Origin: Catajapyx aquilonaris
Taxonomy: Eukaryota
Assembly (NCBI GenBank): GCA_000934665.2
Contig: JYFJ02000112.1
Span: 62,001 to 126,000, forward strand
Direction: 5' to 3'
DNA length: 64,000 nucleotides
Positions 43,801 to 53,383 of this stretch are shown piece after piece. Positions within the stretch are counted from its first letter, which is position 1; every line of letters begins with the position of its first letter. The position numbers were made by a program, and so were the translations under genes. Under the pieces are notes generated by a model. That model had not been told where the DNA came from. It did no database searches and saw nothing but the letters and a program-made list of their open reading frames with translations.

Positions 43801-46800
43801 CCCAGGCGGAAAAGGATAGGACGGAACCCCCTCATGGGACAGCCAAAATTATTTGGGGGCAGCCTGGAAGAGTTCCTAGAGGTTACCAATCAAGAGATTC
43901 CGCTTGTCATGAAGAGCTGCATAAGGGTCATAAATCTTTATGGTAATTGCCGTGCTGATTAATTGCATTAATTAACCGAGTCTCAACACAGTGATTGTAT
44001 ATGACTGAAACGCCATTCGTTTGAAGGTCTACACCATCAAGGCATATTCCGAGTGTCTGGATCTCAGTTGGAGATAAACAACTTCAGAGAGTCATTTGAG
44101 CGGGGTGAAGATCCTCTAGCGGACATGACTGATGCATCGGATATCAATTCAGTGGCTGGGGTGCTGAAACTGTACCTTCGAGAGCTTCGGGAGCCCCTCT
44201 TTCCTATCTTCTATTTCGATCAGTTCATGGAGCTGGCACGTAAGTTCCCTTGTTACCGAAGCGGCAGTGGTCATACTTGGATTTTTTGGTAGGGCCAGTC
44301 ACACGCTTTCTCAAAGTGGGCTACTGTGCCTTTACAGAACTCGAGTCCAAGCACGATTTTGTGACCAAGATGAGGGACTTGGTGCAGAGCCTCCCGAGAT
44401 CCGTCTTTGTCGTCATGCGATACCTATTTGCATTTCTCAACCAGTAAGTACCACGTTGTATGCTCTACGACATGTTCTTATGGAAATCTGCATATTATCT
44501 CCTTCAGTCTATCCGAGTTCAGCGATGAGAACATGATGGATCCATACAATCTGGCCATATGCTTCGGCCCGACTCTGGTCCCTATCCCTGAAGACAAGGA
44601 CCAAGTCCAGTACCAGAATTTGGTCAATGAACTTATCAAAAACATCATCATATTTACCGAGGACATATTCCCAGCAGACGGAGGGATAGTGTATGAAAAG
44701 TACATCAGTCGAGAGCCAGATGAGGGGTAAGCTTCCAATGAAGTTATTCACTTGCTCTCATAATCCTGCTTGGTTGTTATATCAGTACTTATGTTTCCAT
44801 TGTAACAGGGATGTTGGGGAAGCTCCAGCTGACCACGTCCAGGACGACATGGATTCTGAAGTCTATCCATCTGAAGATGGTAAGGTCACTTGAGTAAAAA
44901 GCTTACTGTGTTGTTTTGTGTTGACGTCTGCATGATACAGTCTGTCTGTTTGTTTGCTTTATAGATTCAGTCTTTCGGGAGAAAGATATCAGTCTTCATA
45001 TTTTTGGGAGTAAGTGCTATCAGCTTTTATTTTTTTGTAGTGATTTTAAATTTTTATTGACACTAGATTTGTGATCGGTGTTTTACCGAGTGGGTTTCAT
45101 TGTACCGTGCTAACTTTCACTCTTCTGTTGGCTTTCAGAATCTGAAACACTAGAGGCAACTGCTCAGTTTGATTTTGTGGCTCGGTCCGAAAGGGAACTG
45201 GGCTTCAAGAAAGGGGACAACATTGTCCTGTTCTCTCAGGTGTCTAACGACTGGTGGAGAGGTAGTGTGGGCGGAAAGGAGGGGCTGATACCGGACAAAT
45301 ACATCCTTCTCAAAATTAGGTTGGTTTTTGCTCTCCCCACGTATGGTAATTGAATCGGTTGAGTTCACTGGACATATTTCTTCGCTTCATAATACAGGGA
45401 TGAAGACCGTGAGAAGCTGGACTCCTTGAAGTCATGCAGCTCTGAGGAGTCAGTCCGCCGACGCACATCCAGCTCAAGTGACTCCCTCCTGTCCAGCCAC
45501 TCCTCGCACAAGTCCCAGCCTCCCCCAACTCTCCCAGAGGAGGGGACTAGCAGCAACTGTTGCCCTCCACTGTCCTTACCACCAGCGATCATCAATCACC
45601 AGCCGGAGCACCACCGGCGACACTGCTCAGACTCGACTGCCTACTCCCAAACTGAAGGAGGGGGATCAGGGTGCGGTGCGGGGCAGAAGGGAGCCTGGCA
45701 GCCTGTATCCGCAGAGCACTTGGCCAACTTGTCCACTCCGCCTGTCATAGTCACTGCGAAACCTGCCACTGCAAGGTCAGAGTGTAGTGACTCATGCAGT
45801 GCAGACTTTATCTCATCGGATGAAGTGACTCGGTCTCCCTCGCCTTGCACTCCCTCCTTTGAGAAATCCGCTTCAGCCTCGGAGCTACCCAAAGAGGTAC
45901 TTGAGACCACCGTTTGAAAGTGAAGATTAGAGAGAGAAAAAAAGAGCATTTACCAAATTGTTGTACCAAAGTTGTACTGCTTTTTTTGTTGTACTGTTAG
46001 TTATTTTTTTTTGATTTAAATGTAACCTGGCACCACTCGGCATGAAATTGGACTCATTCGATTTGTGACACTGTTAGCAAGTGAATTGCGGGGAAAGTGA
46101 AAGAGTTCTGAATCAAAGAGGTACAATACTCAGAATTCATATATCCAGCAATCTATGATCTGAATTTAATTTTGAGATTTCCAAGGATATGTATCTTTTT
46201 CAAATATTCAAACATTATATGTATATTTTTTCACACGTGCTATATGTGAAGGTGCCTCTGTGGCAATCTATATTGAGTTATCACATGCATTTTAAAGATA
46301 CTGCACACTGGCCACCACCTGTAGTCTAATGGCAAAAGGTACGGAACAAAACCCTTTTATTTTCCTGCAATCAATTGAATATAATATCGTGGGCAGTAGT
46401 CACCACTGTACTGGTACCTGAAAATGGTGTGTATATAAATGTGCCATGTCTGCCCTGAGAAAATGTATGAATCTCATCGAATGAGATTAGCCAATGTTTG
46501 GATGCCAATTTTTATGTAACTTGTGTCATTATTTTGTTTTGCATTGTTCTCACACGGCTTTAACGTTGTGATTGTGCATGTTAATGGGGTTTGTTAATAG
46601 GATGCACAGCGATTAACTGAAATGACTATTGATTATCACAAGTTGTTTCACTTGTAACTATCCCTTTCCATTCCCACTCCTGCCGCACTACAATAGTCTT
46701 ATGGAAGTGGTAGTGCCTTCTCCCCCGTATGAATAATGATAATCGATAATCAGTTGAATGCTCTGTAATCGCTTGCGTCACCCATACTGGAAATGAACAG

Positions 46801-48811
46801 CTTAGTTCACCTTTTATGCTCCCTACCACCCCCTGTACCTCACCTTCCTCTGTGGCTGTCACTGTTGTGATTGGAGAGCACTGGGGCCTCGCCTTTCTTT
46901 TGTTGGTAAGGTTACTTCGCCTGCTTTTTTATTATTTGGGGTAAATGGATAAAGGTGGAACCTCTTTATAGCAAATCTGGATGCATTAACTTCCTTATAT
47001 TTTGGGGTTTTAAAAGCCTAATTAGCTTTGCACTGATTGCACTCAAAACAGGAATTCACATCATTTTATCTGCTAGTAAATTGCATAATCCTTCCTAGTA
47101 CACCATAACATTAAACTTGCAGTCCTAATATTTTTCTCATCGCCACCTCCTGACATGACATAATAATACAATGAAATCTGCCTGGAGCAGACCCTGGATA
47201 TAGTGGAAACTTATCTACTCTGGAAATGTCTAGTACAGAAATGAACTGCAATCTTTAGGTCCCTCAATAACCCCCTGCATATAGCAGAATAAATGCTGCA
47301 TTAAAAGCTGTTTTACAATTCGGCAAACCAGGACTGTGCTGAAAAATTGATTACTACTTGAGCTGGTAGAATGCCTTTTATTGACCAGTACATTGCACCC
47401 TCCAACACTTATAGAAAATACCTACAATAGTCCCTGTAGTTAATTAACAGTGCAATAGTAACCTAATGGAAATATTTGACTGACACTTTTTTACAGTGCA
47501 TTATTATCCATAAAATAAAGCAGTTACAGGAGATGTCAAATAAAGAGGTTTTCACCATGACACACATTATGGAATCACAGCCATATGGTCGTAATGCCAA
47601 CTGTATGATTCCAGACTGGTCTGAAGTCATGCCGCAGCACCAATTCTCTACATCACTCCACGGGTGAATCTCCTCCTTCGACCAATGCAGAAGAAAGTCA
47701 TATGGATCAAGAGCCATCAAAGCAACAGGCCCAGGGAAACTTGGATGGGGCTCTGGAGCAGGTTGTGAATGCAGCCAAGAAGCTGGCAAGTTCCGCCCAG
47801 TCTGAGGCGGAGGAATCAGCTGAACCGGCTGGTAATTCTTCATCCGAGTCCAGCGCCCCTTTCCACATGACCCGTAGCCTGACCGAGATAGAGTCTTCCA
47901 TGGGTCGAGGAGTGCTCAGGAGGGCATGGGAGACCAGGAGTGTCTGCGATCTGGACTCGACAGGCGACACGAACGAGGAGGAGAGTTTTGTGCACAAACG
48001 AGATGTCTGGGAGAAGAGGACCACTCCACCGCCTGCATCTGTGAGTGAAACATCATAATAGCCTTAGGTGCCTTGGAGTAGAGTAGTGATGTCCTATCCG
48101 ACTGCATATTTAACACTTCTATCTTTCCAGTTATCATCAGCCGCTCCAATGCCAACCACACCGTCAACCCCACCGACACACACCAAGTCAAAATCGGAGG
48201 ACCTGAACTCAACCACCTATGAGATGTGGTCTGCTGCCAGCTCTAACCCAACAGGATTTCGCAACAACCGTGACTTCTGGGAGCAGCGTGCCAAGATGCG
48301 CCAGAAGCACACGCCTGATCTCGTAATGGATCTCCCTGTCAGTCCAATCACCAAGGACAATGCACTCTCCAAGGACTCGAGCTCATCAGGGTCAAGCTCA
48401 TCCAGTCCAAGCCCTGGTTCAAGCCCTGGGCCAGAGAGCCCCGACATGACTGCTGCCGAGCGATTTGCCAAGCAGAACCAGTGCACTCTCAAAAAGAATA
48501 GTCGCGCACCGCCTGTTGTGGCACCAGCTGTTGATGCACAGACGCAGACCAAAAAGAACGACAAGGAGAGCCCAGTGCAATCAGAAATGGTACCAGTAAC
48601 ACCTGGAACACCCAAGACACCTGCCAAGTTTGGTCAGCTCGCAATGGTGCAGACGCCACAAGTTTCATCATTCAAGCCTCAAGTAAAGGTGAAGCCACAG
48701 GTGCTAAGGAAGCCAATGTTGCCCCCAGCAGCCATGGCAGAGCTGGCGCAGCGGAATGAGGGGAAGAACAACTCAAGCGGGGCTGCAGAGGTTAAGAACA
48801 CCCAGTTCTGA
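4800..48811 (+). CDS. SRGAP: SLIT-ROBO Rho GTPase-activating protein (srGAP family: F-BAR, RhoGAP, SH3, low-complexity tail), about 1327 aa; exons 4800-4887, 40464-40647, 41197-41362, 42525-42875, 42936-43160, 43220-43510, 43660-43942, 44027-44239, 44338-44443, 44508-44726, 44809-44879, 45139-45319, 45398-45896, 47615-48040, 48131-48811
   Basis: F-BAR start DIRLQLNEQLRCLD...ELQDYFRRRSEVELDYS; RhoGAP GLHHQGIFRVSG (arginine finger present) and NMMDPYNLAICFGPTL; SH3 ATAQFDFVARSERELGFKKGD...DWWRG...GLIPDKYI; C-terminal HTPDLVMDLP. All junctions GT-AG and phase-consistent (3984 nt total). The 47615 acceptor is the least certain junction. Confidence 0.92.
16026..16101 (+). CDS. srGAP alternative first exon B: MRDLEDLPRTPMRRLGSLRKKVFYN(H)
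   Basis: gccATG start, 76 nt (3n+1), donor C|GTAAGT, phase matches the 40464 acceptor; preceded by a purine-rich, 5' UTR-like tract. Confidence 0.7.
16724..16790 (+). CDS. srGAP candidate alternative first exon C: METLRRKRSASIATCVLYKKCT(D)
   Basis: atcATGG start, 67 nt (3n+1), consensus donor G|GTAAGT. No homology support. Confidence 0.4.
20360..20420 (+). CDS. srGAP candidate alternative first exon D: MAAERAIIDSCIVFLLMWMF(H)
   Basis: caaaaATGG start context, 61 nt (3n+1), donor C|GTGAGT. No homology support. Confidence 0.45.
23403..23475 (+). CDS. srGAP candidate alternative first exon E: MFQCIIQQRNGWIHNNPDLKEVFP(D)
   Basis: aaccATG start, 73 nt (3n+1), donor CAG|GTACGG; GC-rich leader at ~22950-23400. 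Confidence 0.55.
32616..32751 (-). mobile_element. Short Helitron-like non-autonomous element, copy 1
   Basis: Minus strand reads A|TCtataatatcaaaatcc...ggaggaaCTAG|T: 5' TC, 3' CTAG, inserted at AT, no TSD. Homologous to 37789-37909 and 39049-39190. Confidence 0.6.
34060..34186 (+). CDS. srGAP alternative first exon F: MRLFASLNDWLVYENRKMKFLWCNRVASDFIKDYLEALQDAA(D)
   Basis: caagATG start, 127 nt (3n+1), donor CAG|GTAAAA, coding-like composition; (GT)n and purine-rich leader upstream. Confidence 0.7.
37789..37909 (-). mobile_element. Helitron-like repeat, copy 2 (internally shortened)
   Basis: ctagttcctcctgccacccaccagagtcgctg...aggattttaatattataga aligns with copy 1 and shares the same CTAG end. 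Confidence 0.6.
39049..39190 (+). mobile_element. Helitron-like repeat, copy 3 (opposite orientation, degraded ends)
   Basis: tataatattaa...tccttcgttgtatgaccgagg...gcagcgcctctggtgg is the reverse complement of copies 1 and 2. Confidence 0.6.
44965..45009 (+). CDS. 45-nt frame-preserving cassette exon of srGAP just before the SH3 domain: (D)SVFREKDISLHIFG(K)
   Basis: Acceptor tttgctttatag| and donor |gtaagt, phase 1-1 like the flanking exons, no stop codon. Confidence 0.65.
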
Positions 48812-48835
48812 TAAGCATGGCGGGGCAACGGGGGG

Positions 48836-49146
48836 AATGGAACGGGTTTCTAAGGCAGAACAGTGTTAAAACGTAGCATAGAGGAACATACGTATCTCAT
48901 GTTCCTGAATTGATTCCACATAGGAATGTGTTGATAATGTTCCATTAGGGGAACGCATTACTCCATATTTATATAGCAATCAAGCACTTGTTCTAATATC
49001 CCACGCAAATTGATGTCCTAACCAAGTGTCTCTCGCATTTGAACATGTAGGAACAAGTGCTTCAGCCCAAAAAATGTTCTAGGAACATAATATCATGCCA
49101 CTGATGGTTTTACACTGCGGTTCTACCTGAGAACACCGTTCCAATT
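48836..49146. repeat. Fold-back/MITE-like inverted repeat at the start of the srGAP 3' UTR
   Basis: aatggaacgggtttctaaggcagaacagtgttaaaac (48836-48872) pairs imperfectly with gttttacactgcggttctacctgagaacaccgttccaatt (49107-49146); the interior has many ggaaca/tgttc submotifs. Confidence 0.55.
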
Positions 49147-51149
49147 ACAGTTCTTGTTCTAAGAATGACAAACCAGGTTACAGTCTCAGAACATGTTCTA
49201 ATTTTGTTTTCCTCTCCCCTTCTCAATTTCTTCCCCCAAAGTTCCAAAGGCTGTGAAAAAAAAAGACTCCTTTCATGTCGTGAAGAGGATGAGAATACTG
49301 GTTAATTTTTTTTGTATCAACTCTTCTCTTCCACATTATTCTGTAATAACTTTTTCTTTTGCAGTGTGAATGCTTGGCGGGGAAGAATTTTTACTCAGTA
49401 TTTTAATAGATGAGAGCGCATGATTTAGAGCGATTTAGAGAGAGTCTTTGTGGCCAAGTATTTTAATACTGTCAAAAGTAGCGAGTGCAAGGCCTTCCCA
49501 AGAGTTTAAAAAAAAAAAGGTAAATATGGGGGGCGAAGCCAAAAGCTGTAGCCAATATAAAACCAACGAGACCAACATGTACATTTTTTTGCCCTCTGAA
49601 CCTGTAATATAATAATGATGTAATGTAAGTGCATGAATTTGTAGCCAGTTATGTTGCCATGAGCCTTACATGAAACAAAAGATAAATAGTGTGTAATGAG
49701 GACTGACAATCCTGTTATGTTAAAAAAAAAATTATGTGTATCTGTGTTTTCACTCGTTTTCTGTGTTGGAGCGGAAATGGAAGAGGATGTGTATGTACCG
49801 ATATAGTATACGAATGTGTACAGTCATGTAAAACAGGCTGCGATGGATAAGAGCCGAGAGTGTAGTGTGTCATCTCTAAAAAATTATAATCATTGGTGGA
49901 TCAAGTGTGCATAGATGATAGTCGAAACGTGGCGAAGTTTAATAGTAAATTTTGGTGTGTCTTCCTTTCCAAATTTTGATTTGTATTGCGCTTCCATACT
50001 TGATTCTTGTTATTATGAGTCAAACTATTGCATTTCTTTGTGAGTAGCCTGCAGTATAGGTATATGCGTACTGTCAGTAGTATGTTGACTTTTATGTGCA
50101 ACAGTATTACATTTAAAAAGTCATGTCGCTCTGTTTTGTAGAGCACTTTCGTTTTCATGTTGCGGTGCGTCCAACGTAACCACTTGTGCGTTAGAGGTGT
50201 AGTTCACATCACGTTTTGCTCATTCCATAATTAATTGACTGTGTTTGCTAGAGGCCTTTTCCATTAATTCATTCAAATTTTTGCAACTGTAAGGGTGACA
50301 TAAATGACCAATAAAAATAGATAGCTACATCATATTTTTAGTTGTTGAATTAAGGTAACAAGAATCCTCATATACATCACAGTTAAACAGCACGTTACTC
50401 CATACCATACAGTACTTGAAGGAACGATGCAAGTTGAAACATACATCATGATGATGCAAATATTTTGTGGGTGTTCGCTCTCTCTAAAAATAATCCTAAA
50501 GTACTTTTGACTTTCCTGGTGCCACACTGTCGGAAACTTATTGACGCAACAGCCAGTCTCCAGCATAGGGTTACTCGAATTGCAGATTAGCAACTGGGTA
50601 CCATAAACTGCATCATTTCACAGATTTTAAAAAAAAGGAAGAGATAAGGATAATCGTCAGAAACTGCAGGCTGTAATTCCTTTGCATTCAACAACTAGGG
50701 ATTTTCACCAGACATGTTCGTTGAACCCTTCGTGAACCAATTTCTTTGCAACTGCACCCTCATGTAACTGCTTTTTATGTCTTCATTTTTGAAACTCAAT
50801 CCTAAATCCTAGTAATTTAGTAGGGTACGGTTAAGGTGTTAATTGCAGAGTGTCCCCTACTCCATGGATATACTCGTACATACCTAGGCTACCATTAAAA
50901 TGGGAAGGTCAATTCCCACAACTTACAATAATATTTGTGCTGCATATCATTATCAGGATCCCAGAGATTCAGCCACTATTTTGTGCATTATGCATGTGTA
51001 TTTTTATTTATACTGCTTCAAGAACCATGGAACGCATCAACGGACGCAACGAAAACTAACATGAACAATAGATTGCCTAGAGAGTCGATGCAACATTTTG
51101 GGAACAAGAAACCATCCAGCGTAACAAATTCAACAAAACCGTGTGAGAT

Positions 51150-51829
51150 TCATGCGGCGTCACCTGGATGTAGCTGGTTTATGAGGAGTCCAAGCTGCTC
51201 CTTGTGCTGTTCTTCCTCATCAATCAACTGCATCCTGAACTCTGCAAGGTGGTCAACGAGACCTTGCAGGGTGTTTGCGGCCTCCTGCACCTTCTGGTCA
51301 GTCTCCTGGTCCATGGCTCTCCACTCCTGACACATTGCTGCGAGGCCGTCACATACGGACTTGAGTGGGTCGGATGATGGATCTGCTATGCCACCATTAG
51401 GAGGTGCATCTCCCTGCACCATCATGGATGGGTTATGGACCTGCAAGGGCCTGAGGGGTTGGAAGTGAAGTTGCTGGGGTACCACCCTCCGCATGATGGG
51501 CTGATTCCGCCGGATACCACTACGGTTCCTCCTACGCCTGTTGAAGACAAGCACTTTACTGGCTACACTCTCACTGCGGAACGTACAGTAGGGATGTGTT
51601 TTAACCTTATTGTCTGCTGCTGGTTCTGCCCCACCATCCTGGGCTGCTCAGGTGCTTCGTCTGCACCCCAATGGTCCATGAAGTAGGCATCGTTGCCCGC
51701 CTGATGGTGGGCCGCCTGCACCCCACCACTGGCACGGGGGTCAACCCAAGGGTCTAACCCTCGGGGGTTCCGCCTGTCAGGGGCCGCCCTTGGGCTGAAC
51801 GACTCTGGCTGCCTGAGGCCGTTCGACAT
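51150..51829 (-). CDS. Uncharacterised protein, palindrome copy A; exons 51829-51606 and 51537-51150 (203 aa)
   Basis: A 68-nt intron (AG|GTTAAA...TTCAACAG|G) joins ORFs 51563..51850 and 51150..51554 in frame (224+388=612 nt); paralogous to copy B. No family recognised. Confidence 0.65.
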
Positions 51830-51989
51830 ATCCTTCCAGCAATCAGACAAAGGGTTGAAGGTGAGACTGTGGCTTGCTGGATGAGGTCAGGCCCTGACCT
51901 CCACTGTTCTCTGAGAGGTCGAAGGTCACAGGGAAAGTCTCAGCACCACAGACCCGTCTCAACTGGGGTCAAAAGTAAGTGTTCCATTC

Positions 51990-52103
51990 GCTCCGCCCAC
52001 TTCAGATTCCCGCCAAATTCTGACCAATCACGGCAAGGCGATGACGTCAACAAATGAATGGTGACGTCATACGCTCTGGCAGGCTTTATAAACTTGATCT
52101 ACA
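51990..52103 (-). promoter_or_regulatory. Putative promoter of copy A (two CRE, CCAAT, E2F-like site, GC box), mirrored at 53100-53225 for copy B
   Basis: TGACGTCA at 52042 and 52062, CCAAT at 52024, TTCCCGCCAAA at 52007-52017, CCGCCC at ~51993. Copy B has TGACGTCA at 53134 and TTTGGCGGGAA at 53197. Confidence 0.5.
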
Positions 52104-52200
52104 TAAAACGTCAGTAGTAATAATAATGCAACATATTTAATTTCATATTTTATTCCTGTCGTGCTCATCACGAGGTATTGGTGGAGTACGTTAGTAACAA

Positions 52201-52550
52201 TCACCCACAGTAACAGGTGGGCCCTGTGCAGGTTCCAAAGCTGGCGCCAAAATCGGTGCAGATTTTGTTGCAAAGTCGGGTTCCTAATGATCCGAATAGG
52301 CAGAAGTACAGCCGAGGTTGTCGCTGAGACGATACAGCGTCGTCTACCGGTCCTGAGAACTCGGTTCCATCCGGTGCACCATCGGCCGCTGCATCATCTA
52401 CCGGTATACCCGTCGGTTCCTGATCCGTCGAAGAGACTGCAACAATAACATGGGATTGAAGAAGTGTGTGCAGGAACTTACCATGCATGTGGACTTACCA
52501 CAAGTGTATGCAGCGAGCAGGACGAGGAGAAAAAAAGGCGCAGCAGCCAT
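52201..52550 (-). CDS. Insect-type (CS-alpha-beta) defensin prepropeptide; exons 52550-52499 and 52436-52201 (95 aa)
   Basis: Signal peptide MAAAPFFLLVLLAAYTCVSS, acidic propiece, RQPR, then LYFCLFGSLGTRLCNKICTDFGASFGTCTGPTCYCG*; spacing C-x9-C-x3-C-x9-C-x4-C-x-C with GxC. 62-nt phase-1 intron G|GTAAGT...TTGCAG|; AATAAA on the minus strand at 52154-52149. Confidence 0.9.
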
Positions 52551-52619
52551 GACAGGTTCCAAAAGGACGAAACAAAAACTGCGGCGACTTCAGAGCTAAC
52601 TCTTCGTACAGTTGGTGTA

Positions 52620-52920
52620 TACTGTATTAATATATGCTATACGCCTCTGGCCTATATACCCACCATGTTATCAAAATTTATTGCTGTGCAAGTAAATAGT
52701 TAAGATTCTCACTAGTACATTTAGGGTGGGCTTTCGGCTTGGGATTTCCAAACCAGCGCGGCGGGGGTAAAAGAATTGCGTTAAATATATGCATCCATTG
52801 GGATAAGTGACTATATGGCCGGTATCACCGAACAGGTTTTTATCTAGGGGCGATAATGAGAGAGGGGGGGGGGAGGCGATAATGAGGAATGAGCAGTATT
52901 TTCTGGGTAAAAACCCCGCA
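52620..52920 (-). promoter_or_regulatory. Putative defensin promoter: TATA-like, kappaB-like and GATA motifs
   Basis: TATATA at 52653-52658; GGGATTTCC at 52741-52749; GATAAG at 52802; GGCGATAATGAG twice (~52848 and ~52875); GGGTAAAAACCCC at 52905-52917. Confidence 0.5.
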
Positions 52921-52921
52921 T

Positions 52922-53012
52922 AAACCTTATCTGCTGCTGGTTCTGCCCCACCCACCATCCTGTGCTTCGTCTGCACCCCAATGGTCCATGAAATGGGCAT
53001 CGTTGCCCGCCT
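52922..53012 (-). pseudogene. Third, fragmentary copy of exon 1 of the palindrome gene
   Basis: aaccttatctgctgctggttctgcccca...gtgcttcgtctgcaccccaatggtccatgaa...gcatcgttgcccgcctg matches 51603-51702 with indels. Confidence 0.75.
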
Positions 53013-53383
53013 GGTGCAAACAGAAATATTGCCCTATTATGTTGTTCTTTTAAGTACAGAGAGCTCTATTATTGTCTCTACCTGCATAGCAGTATTCAAT
53101 GTAGATCACATTCATAAAGCCCGCCAGAGCGTGTGACGTCACAGTCGATGACATCACTATTTGTAGACGTCATCGCCTTGCCGTGATAGGTCAGAATTTG
53201 GCGGGAATCTGAAGTGGGCGGAGCGAATGGAACACTTACTTTTGACCCCAGTTGAGACGGGTCTGTGGTGCTGAGACTCTCCCCTGTGACCTTCGACCTC
53301 TCAGAGAACAGTGGAGGTCAGGGCCTGACCTCACCCAGCAAGCCACAGTCACACCTTCAACCCTTTGTCTGATTGCTGGAAGG

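Noticed and set aside
47691..47702. Acceptor at 47691, or ATG 47702 as the start of a separate gene
   Set aside because: The phase does not match the 45896 donor, whereas the 47615 acceptor does; the sequence continues the srGAP tail.
51538..51605. Frameshift or programmed frameshift making copy A a pseudogene
   Set aside because: Better explained by a 68-nt GT-AG intron conserved in copy B.
52201..52488. ORF-track protein starting MHGKFL
   Set aside because: Its start lies in the defensin intron; the likely N-terminus is the signal-peptide exon 52550-52499.
53252..53383. N-terminal extension of the 322-aa ORF
   Set aside because: Starts at TTG, and copy A has a 2-nt difference just before the ATG that breaks this frame; treated as 5' UTR.
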